63,992 nucleotides of DNA, filler included, from Candidatus Babelota bacterium (GCA_017999075.1; 12 parts of 12 records of this genome joined end to end with filler, not necessarily neighbours in it); one strand, 5' to 3'; positions 20,837 to 33,583 are shown, numbered from the whole stretch's first letter. Made by a program: numbers and translations. Notes: a model not told the origin generated them from the letters alone.

Positions 20837-22060
20837 CTATAATATTATTTCTTTTCTTACAGGTAAAGTGAAATAAAATGTGCTTCCTTCATTTTTTTCT
20901 GATTCAACCCGTATGATTCCATTATTTTTAGTTATAAATTCTTTACATAAAATTAATCCCAGTCCTGCTCCTCTTTCGTCATTTGTTCCTTTAGTTGAAA
21001 AATTGGTATCAACTGAAAAAAGCTTATCGATATTTTCTTTGCTTATTCCTATTCCATTATCAGAAACAAAAATTTCAGCATATTTGTGATATAATTTGCC
21101 CCCTATATTTATTTTTCCGTTCATTCTTGAAAACTTAATTGAGTTCAAAAGCAAGTTATAAATAACACTGTTCATCATATTTCTGTCCGCATAAACAATA
21201 AGATCTTCTGCAATTGAACATTCTACAGTCAATTTTTTCAATTCGATATTTTGCTTTAATATTTTAATATTATCGTCGGCAATCTCTTTTATGGGAAAAC
21301 TTTCAGTAATGCACTCAAATTTATCCATATTTATTTTCGACCAAGCCAATAAATTTTCAAGAATATTATAAACATTTTTTGTAGTATCATATATAATGCT
21401 GCATTTTTCAGAAACAATTTTTTTATCAAGAACATCAATATTTTTATCTAATAATTCTGCATATCCCATTATAGTTAAAAACATATTCCTTAAATCATGA
21501 GATATAATAGACAAAAACTTATCTTTCCCAATATTATTTTTTTTTAATTCCGATTCTGATTCCATCAGTTTAACGTTTAAGCCATTTAATTGTTGATTTT
21601 GACGGCTTATGTTATCAAAAGCTTTATACAATTCTGTTATTTTAAAATTATTTTTTCTGTTCAATAAAAATATGTAAAAAAGAAGCAAACTTATCAGAAA
21701 GAGCGGTACAAAAAAAAGGATTCCTTTTAAAACCCATTCAGATAAATGCAGTGTATTCTTCTGATCGAATATATCTTTTCGTTGAGGAAAAATCATCAGA
21801 TTTTTATTACACTCGTGGTTTTCTATTTGATAATTCTCATTCAATACTGATTTATCAAAACTGCAGATGTTTTTTTCCGGATGGCGGTTTTTAAATAATT
21901 TATCATTATCTGAATATATAGGTTTCAAATTCAATAACAAAAATATAAAAACCAGATAAAACAACAGAACAAAGTGATTAATGTCACAGTTATTTTTTAT
22001 TAATATTTTTTTTATCGGATTGCTGTAAGTGGTTATTATTTTTTCTAAACAAAATAATAT
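20837..22060 (-). CDS. Membrane sensor histidine kinase (frame open to contig edge)
   Basis: H-box SIISHDLRN, N-box NLLLNSIKF, DNGIGI, GAGLGL, GSTFYF. Confidence 0.9.
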   Translation of the reverse strand: MLFCLEKIITTYSNPIKKILIKNNCDINHFVLLFYLVFIFLLLNLKPIYSDNDKLFKNRHPEKNICSFDKSVLNENYQIENHECNKNLMIFPQRKDIFDQKNTLHLSEWVLKGILFFVPLFLISLLLFYIFLLNRKNNFKITELYKAFDNISRQNQQLNGLNVKLMESESELKKNNIGKDKFLSIISHDLRNMFLTIMGYAELLDKNIDVLDKKIVSEKCSIIYDTTKNVYNILENLLAWSKINMDKFECITESFPIKEIADDNIKILKQNIELKKLTVECSIAEDLIVYADRNMMNSVIYNLLLNSIKFSRMNGKINIGGKLYHKYAEIFVSDNGIGISKENIDKLFSVDTNFSTKGTNDERGAGLGLILCKEFITKNNGIIRVESEKNEGSTFYFTLPVRKEIIL

Positions 22061-22161
22061 NNNNNNNNNNNNNNNNNNNNNNNNNNNNNNNNNNNNNNNN
22101 NNNNTTAATTAATTAANNNNNNNNNNNNNNNNNNNNNNNNNNNNNNNNNNNNNNNNNNNNA

Positions 22162-22656
22162 AATACATCTATTCCTTTTTATTCTGTTTCCAATGATATT
22201 ATAAAAGAATTAAAAATTAATTATCTTGATTTGAAAAACGAAAAAATTTTCGGTGATGATATTAAAAAAGAGGACATTTCTAATTTTCAAATTAAAAAAA
22301 GCAACAGCAGCTTATCTTTAAAATTTGAAAATGGTTTATTTTCATCTTCAAATAATGAACTTAACAAAAACAGCGAAGCAATTAATGATTTAATTCATAA
22401 CATTCAACTATTTAAAGTAACAAAATTTGTATCAGATAAAGCATCAGATTTGTTTGAATTTTCCCTTGATAAACCCGAATTACAAATTTTTTATGAAATA
22501 AAAGGCATAAAAAGAACCTTGAATTTTTCAAAGAAAAAAAATATTTTTTATGGAGTAATATTTGAACAACAGGAAATGGATATTTTTGAAACTCCGCCTT
22601 CAAAAGACGGAAAAATTCCTGAATTTCTTGAACCTATTTCCAAATATATAAATTAA
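22162..22656 (+). CDS. DUF4340-like protein, C-terminal fragment
   Basis: Frame open from the contig edge; LKNEKIF...FSLDKP pattern resembles DUF4340 repeats. Confidence 0.5.
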   Translation, partial: NTSIPFYSVSNDIIKELKINYLDLKNEKIFGDDIKKEDISNFQIKKSNSSLSLKFENGLFSSSNNELNKNSEAINDLIHNIQLFKVTKFVSDKASDLFEFSLDKPELQIFYEIKGIKRTLNFSKKKNIFYGVIFEQQEMDIFETPPSKDGKIPEFLEPISKYIN

Positions 22657-22698
22657 TATCCAAAAATCTTTATAATAATTTTTTAATAACTTATTTAT

Positions 22699-24546
22699 AT
22701 GAAACCAATTTATAAAAATAAATTTCTAATTATTTTTTTTTTAATTGGATTCATAAGGTGCGCATCAAACATAAATATGCATTCAGAAAATTTTTTGATG
22801 TTGGTTGACGATTATGTCGACTCATACTATTCATTCCATCCTGCTCGCGAAGCAATTGACGGTTTTCATAAATATTCTTTTAAAGGTCTTGATGATGTAA
22901 GTCAGGAATCCATAGAAAAGGAAATTGAAACAATAAATAATTTTAAACGCAGGTTAGCGTATATAAATAAAGACTTGCTTGATCAAAATTTAATATTTGA
23001 TTATGAAGTATTATTTTCTAATATCGAATCCAGATTATATTCCTTGCAGGAATCTAAAATTCACAAATACGATCCTTATTATTATATTCAGATCATCCAA
23101 AATGCTTTAATGTATCAAATGATATTCGATTATGCAGGTTCGACTCTTGATACCCGTTTTCACACATCTTTAAAATTCATTGAAAGTATTCCTTTATTTA
23201 TCGATAATGCTATAAAGCATCTTCAACTTGTTCCACAGGAATTACTTGATTATGGAATAATAAGTTTTATAGAATTAAAATCGTTTTTAACAAATGACGT
23301 CACATCTGTTTTCAGCGGAGCAAAATCAGAAGAAGGAATACCTGCCGATACAATTTTATTGTCAAAAATAGAATTGGCGAATTCTGCCATAGATAAAATG
23401 ATTAATCATCTGACAAATCTTAATAATGACAGTGCATCAGTCAAACCATCATTTGCTTTGGAAGAAAAAAATTTAGTTATGAAACTAAAATATGAACAAG
23501 GGATCATTCTTTATGACACTAATCCCTTTGAAAAAATATTAAACAGAACTCTTTTTGAAATTAACAAGGATAAAGCGGCATTTATTGAAATAGCGCAATC
23601 AATCAATATTTCAAAAACTCCGCTTGAAAATTGGGTGGAAGTTCAAACACATCATCCGGTTCCAGGAGAAGTAGCATCAGTTTTAACCAATCAACTTGAA
23701 TCTTTAAAAAATTTCTTAAGCCAAAAAAATATAGTTGCTTTACCAGAGGATGAAACAGTTGTGGTTAAAGCTGCGCCGCAGTTTATGCTTTATTGGTATG
23801 CATCTTTATGGCAGACAGGGGCATTTGAACCAAGTCCAGTCCCTACTGCAATATATTACGCTTCAGACCCAATTGGAATTTTAAAAGGTGAAAACGGACA
23901 GACTGATTTAGACGCGCAAAACGAATTTTTGACTGCAATGATAACTCCGGAACTTTGGAGCACTTCTGCACACGAAGCATATCCTGGACATTTTCTTCAA
24001 GGATATTATACAAAACAGGTTAAAAAAAAATATGTTGATATGGAAATGCTTTCAAAAATTCCTGTTAGCTGTATTTTTTGTCCATTCAGTTATTCTGAAG
24101 GATGGGCTCATTATACTGAACAAATGATTCGAGAAGAAGGATTTATGGAAAATTCGGATTCAATTACTTATAAAGAATATTTGCTTGGACAAATTACTGA
24201 TTCTTTGCTAAGATTATGCAGAACTTATGCAGGAATAAAAATGCATCTAAAAGAAATGAGTCTAAATGAAGCTGCTGATTTTTTTGAAAATAACGCATTT
24301 ATTCCGAGAGAAGCTGCAGAAGTCGAGGCTCAAAGAGGAACTTATGACCCTGATTATATACTGTATTCAATTGGAAAATTAGCTATATTGCAATTACGGG
24401 ATGATTATAAAAAATTTTTGGAAGATTCCGGAAAAACTTATTTTCTTAATGAATTTCATGAGCGGTTCCTAATGTCAGGACAATACCCTATTTCTATTAT
24501 ACGCAAAAAATTAATTCCCGGAGATAATTCGGAAATAATCAGGTAA
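22699..24546 (+). CDS. DUF885 family protein (putative metallopeptidase, possible lipoprotein)
   Basis: HEAYPGH, EGWAHYTE, YSIGKLAILQLR and FHERFL motifs; signal-like N-terminus ending in Cys. Confidence 0.88.
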   Translation: MKPIYKNKFLIIFFLIGFIRCASNINMHSENFLMLVDDYVDSYYSFHPAREAIDGFHKYSFKGLDDVSQESIEKEIETINNFKRRLAYINKDLLDQNLIFDYEVLFSNIESRLYSLQESKIHKYDPYYYIQIIQNALMYQMIFDYAGSTLDTRFHTSLKFIESIPLFIDNAIKHLQLVPQELLDYGIISFIELKSFLTNDVTSVFSGAKSEEGIPADTILLSKIELANSAIDKMINHLTNLNNDSASVKPSFALEEKNLVMKLKYEQGIILYDTNPFEKILNRTLFEINKDKAAFIEIAQSINISKTPLENWVEVQTHHPVPGEVASVLTNQLESLKNFLSQKNIVALPEDETVVVKAAPQFMLYWYASLWQTGAFEPSPVPTAIYYASDPIGILKGENGQTDLDAQNEFLTAMITPELWSTSAHEAYPGHFLQGYYTKQVKKKYVDMEMLSKIPVSCIFCPFSYSEGWAHYTEQMIREEGFMENSDSITYKEYLLGQITDSLLRLCRTYAGIKMHLKEMSLNEAADFFENNAFIPREAAEVEAQRGTYDPDYILYSIGKLAILQLRDDYKKFLEDSGKTYFLNEFHERFLMSGQYPISIIRKKLIPGDNSEIIR

Positions 24547-24553
24547 TTCAGCT

Positions 24554-25696
24554 ATGATCAATTCAAAACCGTATAAAATTATTTTTATCATCAATGGAAC
24601 CGGTACCGGCGGCGCCGAACTTGTTCTTTACAATATTGTAAAAAATATTGATAAAAAAATTTTTTCTCCTGAAATTATTTCTTTAAAAAAAACCGGAATA
24701 ATAGGTGAAAAAATTATTAAAGAAGGTATTCCGGTAAAAAATCTTCACTTTAACGGAATATTTGATATTATATTTTTTTTAAAATTATATATTCATATAA
24801 AAAAAACAAAACCAGCAATAGTAAACACTATAATGTTTCATTCAGATGTTATAGGAAGAACCATTTGCAAACTTGCCGGATGCAAAGTAATTACAAGTTT
24901 TCACAATATTTATATAGGAAACAATTCTTCTGAAACAAAAATAAGAGAAATAATTATTAAACTCACTGATTTTCTTGCAGATTCATGCACAATTATTTCT
25001 CAAAATGCAAAAGAATATTTTTTAAAAAAAAAGATAGTTTCGGACAAAAAACTCAATGTCATTCTTAACGGTATTGACTCTGACTTATATAAAAATAATT
25101 TTAATACACAAAACATAACTGAATTTAAAAAAAAACATATAACTGAATTTGATGAATTTATTTTTATTAGCGCTGGAAGATTTGTTGAATATAAAGGATT
25201 TTACTATCTTATTAAGGCAGCGGAACTATTAAAAAACAAAGGATGCAAATTTAAAATAGTCATTGCAGGCGACGGCGAACTTTTTGATGAATTAAAAAAA
25301 ATGATATTTGATCATTCTCTTGAAAAATACATAATATTAACAGGAAATATTAATAATCTTAATGAATGGATGTGGTGTTCAGATGCTTTTGTTATGCCTT
25401 CGCTTTGGGAAGGATTTCCATGTGTTCTTCTTGAAGCTATGTCTGCAGGATTACCTGTTATAGCCACAAATGTGGGAGGCAATTCTGAAATTATTGAAAA
25501 TAATCATACCGGATTTCTCATAGAACCTCAAAATGAAAAAATTCTTTCAGATAAAATGTTTGAACTTATGACTCTTGACAGAGATAAAAGAATCGGATTA
25601 GGACAATTGGGTAAAACCCGTGTTTTAGAACATTTTCAAATTTCGCGTATGGTAAAAAAATACGAAGATCTATATAAAAAAATTATTGAACAATAA
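24554..25696 (+). CDS. Glycosyltransferase family 4
   Basis: GGAE, NGID, GRFVEYKG, PSLWEGFPCVLLEAM. Confidence 0.93.
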   Translation: MINSKPYKIIFIINGTGTGGAELVLYNIVKNIDKKIFSPEIISLKKTGIIGEKIIKEGIPVKNLHFNGIFDIIFFLKLYIHIKKTKPAIVNTIMFHSDVIGRTICKLAGCKVITSFHNIYIGNNSSETKIREIIIKLTDFLADSCTIISQNAKEYFLKKKIVSDKKLNVILNGIDSDLYKNNFNTQNITEFKKKHITEFDEFIFISAGRFVEYKGFYYLIKAAELLKNKGCKFKIVIAGDGELFDELKKMIFDHSLEKYIILTGNINNLNEWMWCSDAFVMPSLWEGFPCVLLEAMSAGLPVIATNVGGNSEIIENNHTGFLIEPQNEKILSDKMFELMTLDRDKRIGLGQLGKTRVLEHFQISRMVKKYEDLYKKIIEQ

Positions 25697-25733
25697 AAAT
25701 ATATCAAAACAGTTTATGTTTGTCATTTTATTT

Positions 25734-27191
25734 TCATAATCTAACTAAAATCTTTAATTTTTTCATATCTATAATATTAAGAAATTTTAAAAGACCGGCA
25801 ACTCCAATGCAATAAATTAAAATTATAACCGGAGTTTCAAAAAATTTATTAATATCAATAAGTTTTTCAAAAAATTTCAATAAAATAATCAGTATGATTG
25901 TAAGAATTCCGTAAACGGCAAGAATACTCCTCATTGATTTTGAAAAAACAAATATTTTGAATTTTTTAATTCTGAAATAATAATAACACATTGTGCCGAA
26001 CTCTATCAAACATAATGATGCTGCAGCTCCGGTATGTTTATACCTGTAAATTAAAAAACTGCCGGCAGTTAAATTTATCAAAGCAGTCCAAATACTCGGT
26101 TTCAGCATTTCATCAGCTTTCCCAATAGCTACAAGAATATGAACGCTTAAAATTCCGCTAATGCCAATAGTTAAAAAATTAAATGACAGCAATCTTAAAA
26201 TATTCGCCGAAGACGCTCCATTATTCTGAAAAAACAAATACAAAATATCTTCTGCAAAAAACTGACAAAAACAAAAAGCCGGTATAGCCGCAAGAAGCAT
26301 AATAAAAATATTTTCTTTAGCGCGTGCAGTTCCTTGCAGTAACCCCAATTTAAAATCCTGTGCAACCTGAGGCTGATATACAACTCCTATTTTACCCTGA
26401 ATTGTTGTATACGCAAAACATAATTTATCTGCAAGCGAGTAAATTCCCACCGACACATTTCCTCCTAAAAATCCCAAAATTACAGAAGTAGTTTGAGTAT
26501 AAAGAACGCTGAAAATATTGGTTGCAAAAAAATTAAAGCCTTTCCTCAGCTTCTTAACAACAGATTTTAAAAAAAAAAGGTTAGGTTTGATGTTAAAAAA
26601 TAATGCGGCATATATCATAGCAGCTCCTGCAAACGCAGCGCGAGGACCAAAAAACACTAAAGGTAAATAAATATAATCCTCCTGGTATCTGATAAAAAAA
26701 AACAATAAGATTATCACCACGAAGTTTCCGGCAAAATTAAATATCATATAATCCTTCATTCTTTCTATTCCCTGAAAAACAAATGATGAATCCAGGCAAT
26801 TAAAAACAAGTATAATTAAAGACGCTGTATACAGAGAACTTTCTTCATTGAATTTCGGAATAAAAAAAAACATTATCGCTGAAACAAGCATACAGAAAAA
26901 CAAAAGAATTGTTTTTGAATAAAAAATGTTGGAATATTCAAAATTCAATTTTCTCAATGATTTGGCATTAGCAATATCAACAACTCCTGTTTGAACAAAT
27001 CCATAGTTTATTATTACAGCCAATAAACCCATTATCGACTGAATAAAAACAAATAATCCGAATTTTTCCAATCCCACTCTACTGACAACGTATGGTATTG
27101 TAACAATAGGAATTACAAGCAGACCCAATTGAATTACTGTAATATGAATTCCTGTTTTAAGTTTGGAGTCCCGATTTATTTTTAAGCTCAT
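25734..27191 (-). CDS. wzx: Polysaccharide flippase (Wzx family)
   Basis: Many TM helices; PIVTIPYVVSRVGLEKFG, FQGIERM, VGIYSLADK. Confidence 0.85.
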   Translation of the reverse strand: MSLKINRDSKLKTGIHITVIQLGLLVIPIVTIPYVVSRVGLEKFGLFVFIQSIMGLLAVIINYGFVQTGVVDIANAKSLRKLNFEYSNIFYSKTILLFFCMLVSAIMFFFIPKFNEESSLYTASLIILVFNCLDSSFVFQGIERMKDYMIFNFAGNFVVIILLFFFIRYQEDYIYLPLVFFGPRAAFAGAAMIYAALFFNIKPNLFFLKSVVKKLRKGFNFFATNIFSVLYTQTTSVILGFLGGNVSVGIYSLADKLCFAYTTIQGKIGVVYQPQVAQDFKLGLLQGTARAKENIFIMLLAAIPAFCFCQFFAEDILYLFFQNNGASSANILRLLSFNFLTIGISGILSVHILVAIGKADEMLKPSIWTALINLTAGSFLIYRYKHTGAAASLCLIEFGTMCYYYFRIKKFKIFVFSKSMRSILAVYGILTIILIILLKFFEKLIDINKFFETPVIILIYCIGVAGLLKFLNIIDMKKLKILVRL

Positions 27192-27217
27192 AAAATATTT
27201 TCATTAAACCAAATTAA

Positions 27218-27496
27218 TTATTTAAATATATTTTTTATTCCGCGGTAAATGTATTTCATGGCCCGCAGTAAATTTATTTTTTTATATTTAAACAATATTC
27301 TTATTTCTTCAGAAACAAACTTGATCTTCTTTTGTATAATAAAATCTATTATAATTTTTATTCTATATGTAGCATAAAATTTTAAAAATGTCTTATCTGT
27401 AAAAATCTTATACGTATATTTTTTACGGTCATAATATTTTTCCGTAATAATATTCAATAATTTAGGAATCGCCGAACTGATTTCATAATCTTTTAA
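27218..27496 (-). CDS. Probable glycosyltransferase, C-terminal fragment
   Basis: Basic helical C-terminus upstream of wzx; function inferred from context only. Confidence 0.35.
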   Translation of the reverse strand, partial: LKDYEISSAIPKLLNIITEKYYDRKKYTYKIFTDKTFLKFYATYRIKIIIDFIIQKKIKFVSEEIRILFKYKKINLLRAMKYIYRGIKNIFK

Positions 27497-27680
27497 AGNN
27501 NNNNNNNNNNNNNNNNNNNNNNNNNNNNNNNNNNNNNNNNNNTTAATTAATTAANNNNNNNNNNNNNNNNNNNNNNNNNNNNNNNNNNNNNNNNNNNNAT
27601 ATATTATTGAACATATTTTGGAAAAATAACTCTAAATGTTGTTAAATGAAAAATTCAATTAACAGGTAGTGTTATTTATT

Positions 27681-30600
27681 ATGAAAAAATTTTTTTTATA
27701 TTTTATTATGGTTATCTGTGTTTTAGTTATTTTGTTTGCAGCCTATAAATCGACTTTTGCCAATAGCAGAGATTTGGATGATTTTGTTAAACTTTTTCAA
27801 AAAGCAGATGAATTATTTGAAAAGCAATTATACGAACAATCAGTTAAAGAATACGAAAAAATTTATAATGAAAATAAAGATTCAAAAATAAAGAATATTG
27901 CTTTTTACAGATATTGCGAGTCTTTGGCAAATCTTGGCAGATATGCCGAATCAGTGGAAAAACTGTGGAATGTTAAACTGCCTTCAGACGATAAACAAAA
28001 AGTAAGATTATTAATTTTGAAGACTGAAATATTGCAAATATTTTTATCTCAATATGCATTTATTAATACTCAAGATATTATTGAAGAAAAAGAAGAAAAA
28101 AAAGATATTTTCAAATACACTCCTGAGGAAATAAGAAGTGAAATTGAAAAAAATTATAAAGAATTATGGAAAAATAAAAATATTCTTGTTTCAATGAACC
28201 TTCGCAAAGAAAAATATTATTTTGATACGGAAAAAATTGATTTTAAGATGTATCCGACATTGTTAGATTTATTAATTTTACGGTGGACTGATTATTTAAA
28301 ATCATTGAATTTAAAAGAAAACGAAAATATTAAACTGCCTGATGCTGAACTTGTTTTATCTGAAAAATTTTTAATTCCTTTAGATTTTGATTCTCCACGC
28401 GGATTATTTATTGCTTCAATATTTGAAACTGCGTCGGATTATCATTCGAAAAAAAATATTGAAACTAAAGAACGGTTAAAAATCCAGCGTATTATTCTGC
28501 CTTTGCATTATCAGCATTTTTATTCAAACTGTGAATATAAGAAAACAAGGGAACAGGCAATAAAAATTCTTATGAAATGGATGGAAACCTTTAAATCAAA
28601 GAATGCCGCTGCTGAAGCGGGATTCAGAACTGCGGAGATATTGAATCAAACTGGAAAAATCAAAGAATCAGTTGAATTATGCAGAAAAATAGAATCTGAT
28701 TTTGAAGGGTGTTTTTTTGCTGAAAAATCAAAAGTTCTGCGGGCGCAGATAGAAAATCCTAATTTACGCCTTACAACCAAAAATACTTTGCCTCCTGGAA
28801 AAGATTCGATTATTATCTATACAAAAAATATTGAAAAAGCGTATTTCAGATTATATAGAATCGATCCTTATGATTTTAGAAAAGACTGTTATCAGTCTGG
28901 AAAAAATAATCATTATGATTCTGCGTGGTCAAGAATATTTAACCAACTATATTCAGACAGATTTGAAAATTATGTAAAAACGAGAATTTACAGTATAGAA
29001 CCATTCAAAGAATGGACTTATAAAATTGAAAATGCCGGCGATTTTCAAACTCATGAAAGTTTAATAACTCCTCCTGCGCTTGAAGAAGGCATTTATCTTG
29101 TTCTGGTTTCAGGAGATAAATATTTTAAAGTTGACGAATCAATTATGAGCGCAGGGTTTATTAATGTTTCGAATTTAATGATTCTGTGCAGTTCTGGAGT
29201 TACTACTAATATTGAAAATAAATATTTTGAATTTATAACCAATCCTGAATCAGGTTCGATTATCAGAGATAATGTTATCCGGCTTTATGCATTTGATGCC
29301 AAAAACGGAGTTCCTCTTGAAAAAACAGAAATTGATGCTGTTGTAAATTCGCAGCGTGAAAATTTTAAAACTGTTGATGCAATGACGAATATGAAAGGAA
29401 TAGCATTTTTTAAATTCGATGTTGACGTTCATCCTGATAGAAATTCTTATTATCACATTGATCCTCTTGCAAAATATGATAATTCTTACGCTTATCTTGA
29501 AAATCAGAATTATTATAATTATTCCTCTCCAAATCCCATTCATATTTTTATTCAGACCGACCGACCTGTTTACAGACCAACTCAAAATGTCAGTGTTAAA
29601 ATTATTGCTGTTAGAAAAACTGAGACAGGATTTAAACCATGCCATCGAACTTCTAAAATTGTTTTGGATGTTTTGGATCCGAATTCAAAAAGTTTTTTTA
29701 AAAAAGAACTTGAATTAAATGAATTCGGCAGTGTGTCAACTGAATTTAAAATAGAGGCAGGCCGTCTGCTCGGAACATATTCAATAAGTGCTGTTTGTTA
29801 TGACGGGATTTTTTCGAAAAGTTCTCAAGAATATATAAAAGTTGAAGAATATAAAAGGCCTGATTTTGAAGTTGTTCTGAAAACTGCTGAAAAACCTGTT
29901 AAATATAATCAAAAAACAGATATTTCAGGAACTGCAAAATATTATTTCGGAGGACCTGTTCCTGACGCCTCTGTCAAATACAGAATTAAATATTCCCGTT
30001 ATATTCCCTGGTTTTTCAGATATTGGTTTCAAAATTATAATGAATATGCTCAGGAATTCGTATCAGGTGAAACTAAAACCGATTCTTCGGGAAATTTTAA
30101 TATTTCATTTGTCCCGAAACCGTTTAATCAAAATTATTATTGGGGATCTATTCCTGATGTCACAAATTATATTGTTGAAGTTGATTGTTTGGATGCAGGC
30201 GGAAGAACTATTTCAGCTTCGCAGAATTATAAAGGCGGGAGAAATGAGTTTTATTATCATATTGAACTTGAAAAAGATTTTTTTATGACAAATGAACAGC
30301 CGGTTATTAGCGTTAAAAAATTATCGTTGAATGAAATACCGATGACAGGAAAAAGCAGGTATGAAGTTTATTTGCTCCAGGATACTGTTGTTGTTCAGCC
30401 TGAACAATATAATCGGAATTATTACAATCAATGGATTCCGCCTATTGATGCTCAGTTGAAAGATGTACCGAATCAAAAGTTGATTTTCAGTTCTGAAATT
30501 GAACATTTGAAAAATGGAATTGCGGAAATAAAAATTCCGGAGCTTGCTCAGGGTACATATAGAATTAAGGTTAGATCAGGGAAATTTGATTTTTCGGAAA

Positions 30601-32934
30601 AAGAAAATTCAAATCCTGATGATTTGACTGAAGATACTGAAATCATTCAGTCAAAAATTTTTGTCTGTGCAAAAAATGTTAATGAACGGATTCCTATTCC
30701 AGCTTATTCTGTTACTCTTTCTGAAAAAAATGAATATAAAGTCGGTGATACTGCAAGGTTTGTTATAGGGTCGTCTTTATCCAAAGGATATTATTTTGTC
30801 GAGTTATGGGCAGGAAATTATCTGATAGAAACCAAAACCTATCTTAACCCTGTATCAACGAGAATGATAGAGATACCTGTTCTTCCTGTAATGAAAGGCG
30901 GATTTACTTTAAAATGGTTCGGAGCAACTAATTCGATTATTTATTCAGGACAAACTACAGTTTCAGTTCCATATACAGAAAAAAAATTGAATATTTCATT
31001 CACCAGAATTGATAAAGAAATTGTACCCGGTTCTGAATGTGAATGGTCATTGAATGTCAAAGACATTGATGGAGAACCTGTCAATGCTGAAATACTTTCT
31101 TTTATGTATGATCGTTCTCTTGAATATTACGCAAGTTCTAATAATTTATGGATTGATTCTTTATATAATTTGAGGACAAATAATTCCAGAGTAACGGATT
31201 CGTGTTTCAATCCGCAGACAAAATCGTTTATGGTAAAAGAAGGGTTGTTCCATAAACTTATGCAGGCGTTCCGTAATCCTCCTGAAGAACCTGCTTTACC
31301 AGGACTCAGAATGAACAGAAACTGGTACCGACGCAGAAATTTAAACTTATATTCTGATAGTAGTTTTCTTGTTAAAAAATCAAAAAGTTTTAAAATTGCA
31401 TACGAGGAAAAAGCAGAAAAAGAAGTTGATTCAATAAGTTTTAATTTTGCTGCTCCTGCGTCAAAGTCTCTTTTGATGAATGATTCTTTTAAAGCGATTG
31501 ATTCCCAAGTGGTTTTGTCCGGATATGCTGGAGATAAGAAATTTGATATGTCTGAAAAATCAATTTTGTCTGAAGTTTCAAATATTCAGACAAGAATGGA
31601 ATTTTCTGAATCGGCGTTTTTTAAACCGCATATTGTTACTGATAAAAACGGTAATGGGTCTTTTGGGTTTAAAACTCCGGATCAGCTTACAAGCTGGAAA
31701 ATCAAAGCATTCGCTTTTACCAGAGATATGAAAGAAGGTGTGTTGACTGATGAAACCGAATCAAAGAAAAAACTTATGATACGCGCTGACATACCGCGTT
31801 TTTTCCGTGAAAAAGATAAAGGGACAATAACTGCGGTTATTCATAATGAATCAGATACTGATATGACTGGCGAAGCGATTATAATTGTTACTGAAAATAA
31901 AGTTGATGTTTCAGATAAAATTAAATTGAAGGATACTGTAAAGAAATTTACGGTTAAATCTCATTCGCTCCAACATTATAATTGGACAGTAGAAATTCCT
32001 GAAGGCGTTTCCAATTATAAAGTTAAAGTAGCTGCTGTAAGCGGAAAATTAAAAGATGCTGAGGAACGTGAACTGCCGGTTTTACCGTCGCGTGAACGTT
32101 TGATAGAATCGGTTTTTGTTTCATTGACAGGTTCTGTTTCTAAAAATTTGAAAATATCTTTAAAAAATGATTCAACAAGAATAACAGAATCAATGTCGTT
32201 TCAGCTTGAACCTCAGATTGCGTTAAATATATTGAATTCTCTTCCGTTTCTTGTTGATTATCCTTATGGATGCATTGAACAAACTCTTAACAAATTTGTT
32301 CCGCTGGCAATAACTAATAGAATTTTTGAAAGGTACCCTGATATAAAAAAATCGGTTTCTAAAATTTCAAAACGTGATACGCTTTCTCCTGAATGGGAAA
32401 AAAATGATCCTCGCCGGATGCAGTCCTTAATGGAAACTCCCTGGGCATGGCAGTCTGAAGGAAGACCGGTATGCTGGCCGGTAATCGATATGCTTAATCC
32501 TGAAATTGTTGAGGCTAAAAAAAATCAGGCTTATGAACGTTTGAAAAACGCTCAGCTTTCCAGCGGTGGTTTTCCATGGTGGCCCGGCAGCGGAGATGCG
32601 GATCCTTATATAACTTTATATGTTCTTGCAGGTTTTAATGAAGCAAGAAAATATGGGGTTGAAATTGATGAAACTATGATTAATAACGCGTTGCGTTATG
32701 TTAATGAAAAAATACCTTTAATGCTTAAACCTGAAGAAAGGTGTCTTGCATTAGTAAGTTATGCGGCTTATGTTATAACTTCATATTCGAAATCGGATTT
32801 TTCAGGAAACCGTAAAGGATTTAAAGCTGCAAAAAACTGGGTCGTATTTCTTGAAAATAATTTGAATCGGCTGACACCTCTCGGCAAAGCTTATCTGGCT
32901 TATACATATTACAATCTCGGAGAACGTAAGAAAG
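27681..32934 (+). CDS. Bacterial alpha-2-macroglobulin family protein (3' truncated)
   Basis: Signal peptide, TDRPVYRP and VEEYKRP MG-domain motifs, thioester motif YPYGCIEQ (32271-32282), GGFPWW. Confidence 0.93.
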
Positions 32935-33036
32935 NNNNNNNNNNNNNNNNNNNNNNNNNNNNNNNNNNNNNNNNNNNNTTAATTAATTAANNNNNNNNNN
33001 NNNNNNNNNNNNNNNNNNNNNNNNNNNNNNNNNNTT

Positions 33037-33519
33037 GATGTTCTGATAATATCTGCAGGTTTTGTGATCAGGGCTGTTTCTGGAGCATATATAGTTGAAG
33101 TAGAAATATCTCCGTGGCTTTTAATATGCACATTTTTACTCGCATTGCTTATTGCATTCGGCAAACGGAGAAATGAAATTTTAATACTCGGAGAATCAGC
33201 AGATTCACACAGAAAAAATTTAAAAGATTATTCGGTTCAGATTTTGGATCATTACATTTCTATCACGGCAGCATGTTCAATAATTGCATATTCTCTATAC
33301 TGTATTTCAGATCGTACTGAAAAAGCTTTTCATACAAATAAACTTATTTATACTATACCCTTTGTAATTTATGGCGTTTTGCGGTACCTGTATCTTCTTA
33401 TATTTAAAAAAGCTGGAGGAGAACCTGAATTACTTCTTATTAAAGATAAATGTCTTTTAATTGACGTAATATTGTGGGCATCAACTGCAATATTAATTAT
33501 TTATAATTATTCAAATTAG
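33037..33519 (+). CDS. UbiA-family prenyltransferase (decaprenyl-phosphate phosphoribosyltransferase-like), C-terminal part
   Basis: DVLIISAGFVIRAVSG, FGKRRNE, HRKNLKDYS, YGVLRY, GEPE..KD. Confidence 0.85.
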   Translation, partial: DVLIISAGFVIRAVSGAYIVEVEISPWLLICTFLLALLIAFGKRRNEILILGESADSHRKNLKDYSVQILDHYISITAACSIIAYSLYCISDRTEKAFHTNKLIYTIPFVIYGVLRYLYLLIFKKAGGEPELLLIKDKCLLIDVILWASTAILIIYNYSN

Positions 33520-33583
33520 TTTCGTTTATATATATAATATTTGATTATAAAACTTTAATATCTTAATCTTACAAGGAATATTT

